From NCBI GenBank assembly GCA_943371665.1, contig CALRVR020000014.1:2267-66266 (forward strand): a stretch of 64,000 bases of DNA. The letters run 5' to 3'. The stretch comes from Synechococcus sp. UW140. Lineage in GTDB: Bacteria > Pseudomonadota > Gammaproteobacteria > Burkholderiales > Burkholderiaceae_C. Below, one piece after another: positions 59,611-64,000 of this stretch (position 1 is the first letter of the stretch; every line of letters starts with the position of its first letter). Under the pieces are notes generated by a model. It was not told where the DNA came from and made no database searches. It was given only the letters and a program-made list of their open reading frames with translations. A program made the position numbers and the translations under genes.

Positions 59611-60266
59611 TTGCCGCACGCGGGCTGGTGGCCCGCCATGGCACAGGCCCTCGTCTGGTGTTTCCCGATGTCGAGGTGCCGCAGGGAGGCCAGTTGCTGC
59701 TGCGCGGTCCGTCGGGGAGCGGCAAGTCCACCTGGCTCTCGTTGGCCGCGGGCCTCATGTCGCCCCTGGAAGGCGAACTGTCGGTGGCGGGCCAGCCGCT
59801 CTCGGGCCTGTCGGCCCGCGCGCGCGATGCCTGGCGCGGCGCCACCATCGGTTTCCTGCCGCAGCGGCTGCTCCTCAGCGCCGACCTGAGCGTCCACGAC
59901 AACATGGCCCTGGTCTACGTGGCAGCGGGGTTGCCGGTGGACACGGCGGCCATTGCCGAGGCGTTGGGGGCCCTCGACGTGCACGCACTGGCGCACCGCA
60001 AGCCCGGGAGCCTGTCGGGCGGGCAGGCCCAGCGGGTGGCACTGGCCAGGGCCTTGCTGCGCCGCCCGCGCGTGCTGCTGGTGGACGAACCCACCGCCAG
60101 CCTCGACGACGCGGCCTGCGCGCTGGCGCTCGGTCATCTTCGGCACGGCGCCGCCGAACTGGGCGCGACGTTGGTCGTCGCCACCCACGATGCCCGAACC
60201 GTGACGGCCTTGCCGCAAGCCACCACCCTGCCACTCGACGCTGCCCCGGAGGCGGCATGGGCGTGA
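59607..60266 (+). CDS. ABC transporter ATP-binding protein (LolD/MacB-like)
   Basis: GPSGSGKS, LSGGQ, VDEPT, ATHD. Confidence 0.92.
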   Translation: MIAARGLVARHGTGPRLVFPDVEVPQGGQLLLRGPSGSGKSTWLSLAAGLMSPLEGELSVAGQPLSGLSARARDAWRGATIGFLPQRLLLSADLSVHDNMALVYVAAGLPVDTAAIAEALGALDVHALAHRKPGSLSGGQAQRVALARALLRRPRVLLVDEPTASLDDAACALALGHLRHGAAELGATLVVATHDARTVTALPQATTLPLDAAPEAAWA

Positions 60267-61495
60267 CCGGTCTCGCCTGGCGCCTGCTGTGGGCCCGACC
60301 GCTCACTGCGTCGCTCAACCTGCTGCTGCTGACCCTCGGTCTGGCATCGATCGGGTTCCTGACCCTGGTGCGCGACCAGGTCGACCGCGCCTTCGAGCGA
60401 GACCTTGCCGGCATCGATGCCGTGGTGGGCGCCAAAGGGAGCCCGATGCAACTCATCCTTGCGGGCGTGTTTCACCTCGATGTGCCGCCCGGCAATGTGT
60501 CGCTGGCCGATCTGAATCGCCATGTGGTCGCACACCCCCAGGTGGCCCGGGTCATTCCGCTCAGCCTGGGGGACAACTGGCAAGGCCACCGCATCGTCGG
60601 CACCACCACCGACTACCTGACCCACTACAGCGCAGCGCTGGCCGATGGTGCGCTGTGGACCCGCCCGATGCAGGCCGTGCTGGGTGCCGATGTGGCCCGC
60701 CGCACCGCGGCCAAACCCGGGCAGGCGTTTGTGGGCGCGCATGGCCTGGGTGCCGGTGGCGCCGTGCACGGCGACACGCCCTACACGGTCACCGGCGTGC
60801 TGGCGCCGTGCCGCTGCGTGCTCGACCGACTCGTGCTGACCGCCACCGAGTCGGTCTGGCAGGTGCACGACGACATGCACGCCGACCCTGGAATGACCGA
60901 GTCCGATCGCGCCGATCTGAAGGCCGCGCTCGACGCCGATCGCGAGGTCACGCTGGCCCTGGTCCAGTACCGGACACCACTGGCCGCGGCCAGCTTCCCG
61001 CGCTTCGTCAACAGCGACACGCCGATGCAGGCGGCCGCGCCCGCGGTGGAGATCACCCGGCTGCTGGGGCTCATCGGCGTCGGCACCCAGGTGTTGCGCG
61101 CGCTGGCCGCCACGCTGCTGCTGGTGGCGGCGCTGTCGGTCTTCATCGCCCTTTGGGGCGCGGTGCGGGAGCGGCGAGCCGACCTGGCGCTGCTGCGCAT
61201 GCTGGGCGCGCCGCCGCGGCGTGTCGCCGTCCTGCTGCTGACCGAGTCGCTGTGCCTCGCGGCCCTGGCCACCGTGCTGGCAATGGCGGCCGCGCAGGGA
61301 CTGGTGGCGCTGGCTGCCTGGTGGTGGGCAGACGGATCCACCGCTGTCGTGCTGCAGGCCGGTGCGTGGACCCCCGCCCTGGCCTGGTTGCCGGTGCTGG
61401 CGGCCGCGGTGGCGGTGCTGGCGGCGGCGCTGCCGGCCCTGGGCGCCTACCGCGTCGATGTTCAAACCCTTTTCAACCCGAGGACCTCACCATGA
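60257..61495 (+). CDS. ABC transporter permease (FtsX/MacB-like)
   Basis: DAVVGAKGSPMQL, IPLSLGD, ERRADLALLRMLGA. Confidence 0.88.
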   Translation: MGVTGLAWRLLWARPLTASLNLLLLTLGLASIGFLTLVRDQVDRAFERDLAGIDAVVGAKGSPMQLILAGVFHLDVPPGNVSLADLNRHVVAHPQVARVIPLSLGDNWQGHRIVGTTTDYLTHYSAALADGALWTRPMQAVLGADVARRTAAKPGQAFVGAHGLGAGGAVHGDTPYTVTGVLAPCRCVLDRLVLTATESVWQVHDDMHADPGMTESDRADLKAALDADREVTLALVQYRTPLAAASFPRFVNSDTPMQAAAPAVEITRLLGLIGVGTQVLRALAATLLLVAALSVFIALWGAVRERRADLALLRMLGAPPRRVAVLLLTESLCLAALATVLAMAAAQGLVALAAWWWADGSTAVVLQAGAWTPALAWLPVLAAAVAVLAAALPALGAYRVDVQTLFNPRTSP

Positions 61496-61734
61496 AACGC
61501 ACTCTCTCCATCTTCTCGTTCACCCTTGCGATGGCGACTTCGGCCGTGGCCCAGCACTCGGCCGAGGAAACCAAGGCCGACATCCAGCGCCACCGCGCCA
61601 TGGCGGTCGCCCATGAGGCCGCCGCCCGTTGCCTCGAAGCCGGCAAGGGTGAAAAGGCCTGTTACGCGGAACTTGCCGTGGCTTGCAAGGGTCTGGCGAT
61701 CGGAAAATACTGTGGCATGCGCCACGCCCACTGA
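61492..61734 (+). CDS. Small secreted His/Cys-containing protein
   Basis: 80 aa; signal peptide (AVA-Q), 4 Cys, C-terminal HAH; RBS GAGGA and ATGA coupling to the permease. Confidence 0.75.
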   Translation: MKRTLSIFSFTLAMATSAVAQHSAEETKADIQRHRAMAVAHEAAARCLEAGKGEKACYAELAVACKGLAIGKYCGMRHAH

Positions 61735-61760
61735 ACCGATCTGACCGGATCCGACCCGAC

Positions 61761-62324
61761 ATGGCACTCCCGCGCCGACCCGTCCTGGCCGCTCTGGCCG
61801 CCCTGGCTGTCCTCGCTGCCGGGCGCGCGCCGGCGCAGGTGCTCGGCTCACCCCTGGGTGCGCCGCCCGCCGGCGCGCCCGAAACGCCCGGGCTCCCTGG
61901 CGTGCCTCACGGTCAGGGCCCGGGCGTCCACAGCCCCCAGAGCCCCATTGCACCGCTGCCCCGCCGCGACGACGTGGTGGCGTGGTCGGTGCTGACCGAC
62001 GTGAAGACCGCCGTGCGGGGCAAGCGGGTGGTGCCGGTGTACCCGCCCGAGGTTCGCGCGTTGAACCAGAAGCCGGTGAAACTGCACGGCTTCATGCTGC
62101 CGCTGGACCCGGGTGAGAACCAGCGCCATTTCCTGCTCACCTCGGTGCCGCTCACCTGTTCCTTCTGCACGCCGGGCGGCGCCGAGAGCATGGTCGAGGT
62201 GCGCACCCGCGAGCCGGTCCGTTACCGCATCGACGCGGTGGTCGTCGAAGGCCGTTTCCATGTGCTCGACAGCGACCCCTACGGCCTTTTTTACCGGCTG
62301 ACCGAGGCGGTGGGCAGCCGCTGA
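61761..62324 (+). CDS. DUF3299 family protein
   Basis: W..L, V.L.GFMLPL, FLL, CSFC motif; RR-containing signal peptide. Confidence 0.8.
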   Translation: MALPRRPVLAALAALAVLAAGRAPAQVLGSPLGAPPAGAPETPGLPGVPHGQGPGVHSPQSPIAPLPRRDDVVAWSVLTDVKTAVRGKRVVPVYPPEVRALNQKPVKLHGFMLPLDPGENQRHFLLTSVPLTCSFCTPGGAESMVEVRTREPVRYRIDAVVVEGRFHVLDSDPYGLFYRLTEAVGSR

Positions 62325-62352
62325 CGGTCGGCCCGGGCGATACCATCGCCGG

Positions 62353-63309
62353 GTGAACCTCGCTGCCCACCCCGTCTTCGTTTCCCTCACCCCCGTCTTC
62401 CTGCTCATCGGCCTGGGCTACCTGGCGGGGCGGCTGCAATGGATCCGCGAAGCCGCGGTGAAGGACCTGTCCAACCTGGTCTTTCTGCTGCTCATCCCGG
62501 CGCTGCTGTTCCGGACCATGAGCGCGGTGCGGTTCGAAACGCTCGACCTGCGCCCCTTGCTGGCCTACTTTCCGGCCGCGCTGCTGCTGCTGGCCGTGTC
62601 GATCGCCTGGCGCGGCGCCAACCGGCGCAGCGTGGTGGTGGGCTTGGCCAGCACCTTCTCCAACATGGTGATGATCGGCATCACGCTGGTCGAACTCGCG
62701 TACGGCAAGGCCGGGCTGGTGACGTTGCTCACGCTGGTCTCGGTGCACGCGCTGATCCTGCTCAGCATCGGGTCGGTGGTGCTCGAACTGGTGGTGGCGC
62801 GCGAGGCGCGCGGGCAGGGCGCCGCGGCGCCGCACCTGTGGGCCACGGTGGGCTCGGTGGCCAAGGGCACGCTCATCCACCCCATTCCGCTGCCCATCAT
62901 CTGCGGCCTGCTGTTCGCGCAGACCGGCTGGACCCTGCCGGTGGTGGTCGACAAGCCGCTGCAACTCCTGGGCAGCGCATTCGGACCCATCGCGCTCGTG
63001 CTGGTGGGGGTGAGCCTGGCGTCCACGCCGCTGGCGGGCCACTGGCGCGCCGCGGTGCAGGTGGTGGTGGCCAAGAACCTCGTGCTGCCGGTGCTGGTGG
63101 GCCTGGCGGCCTGGGCCGTCGGCATCACCGGGCTGCCGCTCACGGTGATGGTGGTGGCCGCCGCGCTGCCGGTGGGTGCCAACGTGTTCCTGTTTGCCCA
63201 GCGCTACCAGACCGCGCAGGAACTCACCACCGCCAGCATGGGGCTGTCCACCGTGGCGGCGTTGTTCACGCTCAGCCTGACGATGGCGGTGATGGCCTGG
63301 CTCAACTGA
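62353..63309 (+). CDS. AEC (auxin efflux carrier) family transporter
   Basis: PVFLLIGLGY, PALLF, FSN..IG, P.ALVLVG, AALPVGAN. Confidence 0.9.
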   Translation: MNLAAHPVFVSLTPVFLLIGLGYLAGRLQWIREAAVKDLSNLVFLLLIPALLFRTMSAVRFETLDLRPLLAYFPAALLLLAVSIAWRGANRRSVVVGLASTFSNMVMIGITLVELAYGKAGLVTLLTLVSVHALILLSIGSVVLELVVAREARGQGAAAPHLWATVGSVAKGTLIHPIPLPIICGLLFAQTGWTLPVVVDKPLQLLGSAFGPIALVLVGVSLASTPLAGHWRAAVQVVVAKNLVLPVLVGLAAWAVGITGLPLTVMVVAAALPVGANVFLFAQRYQTAQELTTASMGLSTVAALFTLSLTMAVMAWLN

Positions 63310-63328
63310 GCAGGGCCACCGGGCGCCC

Positions 63329-63781
63329 TCACTGGCTGATCTTGCGGGCCTCTTCGATCTGGTATTCGAAGTAGCGCTGGATGCCGAACGTGAGGCTGCC
63401 CATGAATGCGACCGTGCCCACCAGCAGCGACAGCACCAGGGCGATCACCGTGAGCCAGTTGGTTCCGCTGGTGGTGGGTGCAGCACCCTCGGGGTTGAAC
63501 CAGCGGTTCCATTTGGCCGGATCCGCCAGCGCATAGACGATGCCCGTCAGGCAGGCAGCGGCCACGCTCACGCCGAGCATCGGGATCAGCACCCACGACA
63601 GCTTGTCGTCCTGTCCGTAGGCCAGCACGCGTTCGATGCCGTACCAGCCCAGGGCGGTCGGCAGCGGATGCAGCCAGCCTACCCAGTCGCCCAGGCCACG
63701 CAGGTAAAAGCGGTGCAGCCCGAGCGATCCGCCCAGCAGCGCCAGCCAGACCGCCACGGTCTTGTTGCGGGTTCTTGCCAC
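63329..63781 (-). CDS. TM2/NINE domain membrane protein
   Basis: NKTVA.WLALLGG.LGLHRFYL. Confidence 0.85.
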   Translation of the reverse strand: MARTRNKTVAVWLALLGGSLGLHRFYLRGLGDWVGWLHPLPTALGWYGIERVLAYGQDDKLSWVLIPMLGVSVAAACLTGIVYALADPAKWNRWFNPEGAAPTTSGTNWLTVIALVLSLLVGTVAFMGSLTFGIQRYFEYQIEEARKISQ

Positions 63782-63783
63782 GG

Positions 63784-64000
63784 TCAGGCCTCCACCGGCG
63801 GCGTCTGGTCGGCGTCGCCCAGGGCGCGCTCCATCAGCACGATGTCGAGCCAGCGGCCGAACTTCCAGCCGCAGGCCTTGACCGTGCCCACGTGACCGAA
63901 CCCGAGCGCCTGGTGCACACCGATCGACCCGGCGTTGGCCGAGTCACCGATCACGGCCATCACCTTGCGGATGCCCGACCGCTCCAGCACGGCCACCAGC
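63784..64000 (-). CDS. GNAT acetyltransferase (phosphinothricin acetyltransferase-like), 3' part
   Basis: AVIGDSANAGSIGVH..LGF..VG....G.KFGRWLD; 5' end lies outside the window. Confidence 0.85.
   Translation of the reverse strand, partial: LVAVLERSGIRKVMAVIGDSANAGSIGVHQALGFGHVGTVKACGWKFGRWLDIVLMERALGDADQTPPVEA

Noticed and set aside
1-64000. CRISPR arrays, rRNA, IS/transposase, integrase, prophage or defence genes
   Set aside because: No spaced direct-repeat arrays or diagnostic protein motifs seen by eye

Overview
GC-rich betaproteobacterial chromosome segment; gene order and protein style suggest Comamonadaceae (inference). (1) 1-20.4 kb: nitrate-respiration/NO-stress block: narK1K2-narGHJI extended by a NifM-like PPIase, beta-carbonic anhydrase, class II RNR (NrdJ) and a nitroreductase; nsrR-narX-narL-cupin; and divergent ytfE-nnrS plus an orphan sdhB. 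It ends at a 51-bp 3' fragment of tRNA-Asp with a terminator, which looks like the attR of an integrated island. (2) 20.7-34.9 kb: accessory genes: secreted PAP2/vanadium-haloperoxidase-like enzyme with a GlxA-type regulator, two unknown lipoproteins, a cueR-copZ-DUF2917-copA cluster with four CueR-type promoters, an HD-domain (cyanamide-hydratase-like)/GlxA/isonitrile-hydratase-like/esterase module sharing a 35-bp operator, and doxX-GST-LysR. (3) 34.9-64 kb: core-like genes: alkA/ogt, PMM/PGM, LPS glycosyltransferases, O-antigen ligase, a WaaA-KdkA fusion, tetR-RND-pcm-rhodanese-tolC, cvrA, gcdH, msrA and a Fur/Zur-led ABC-DUF3299 operon. No CRISPR array, rRNA, intact tRNA, integrase or transposase was seen. 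All calls come from reading motifs by eye; no database search was run.
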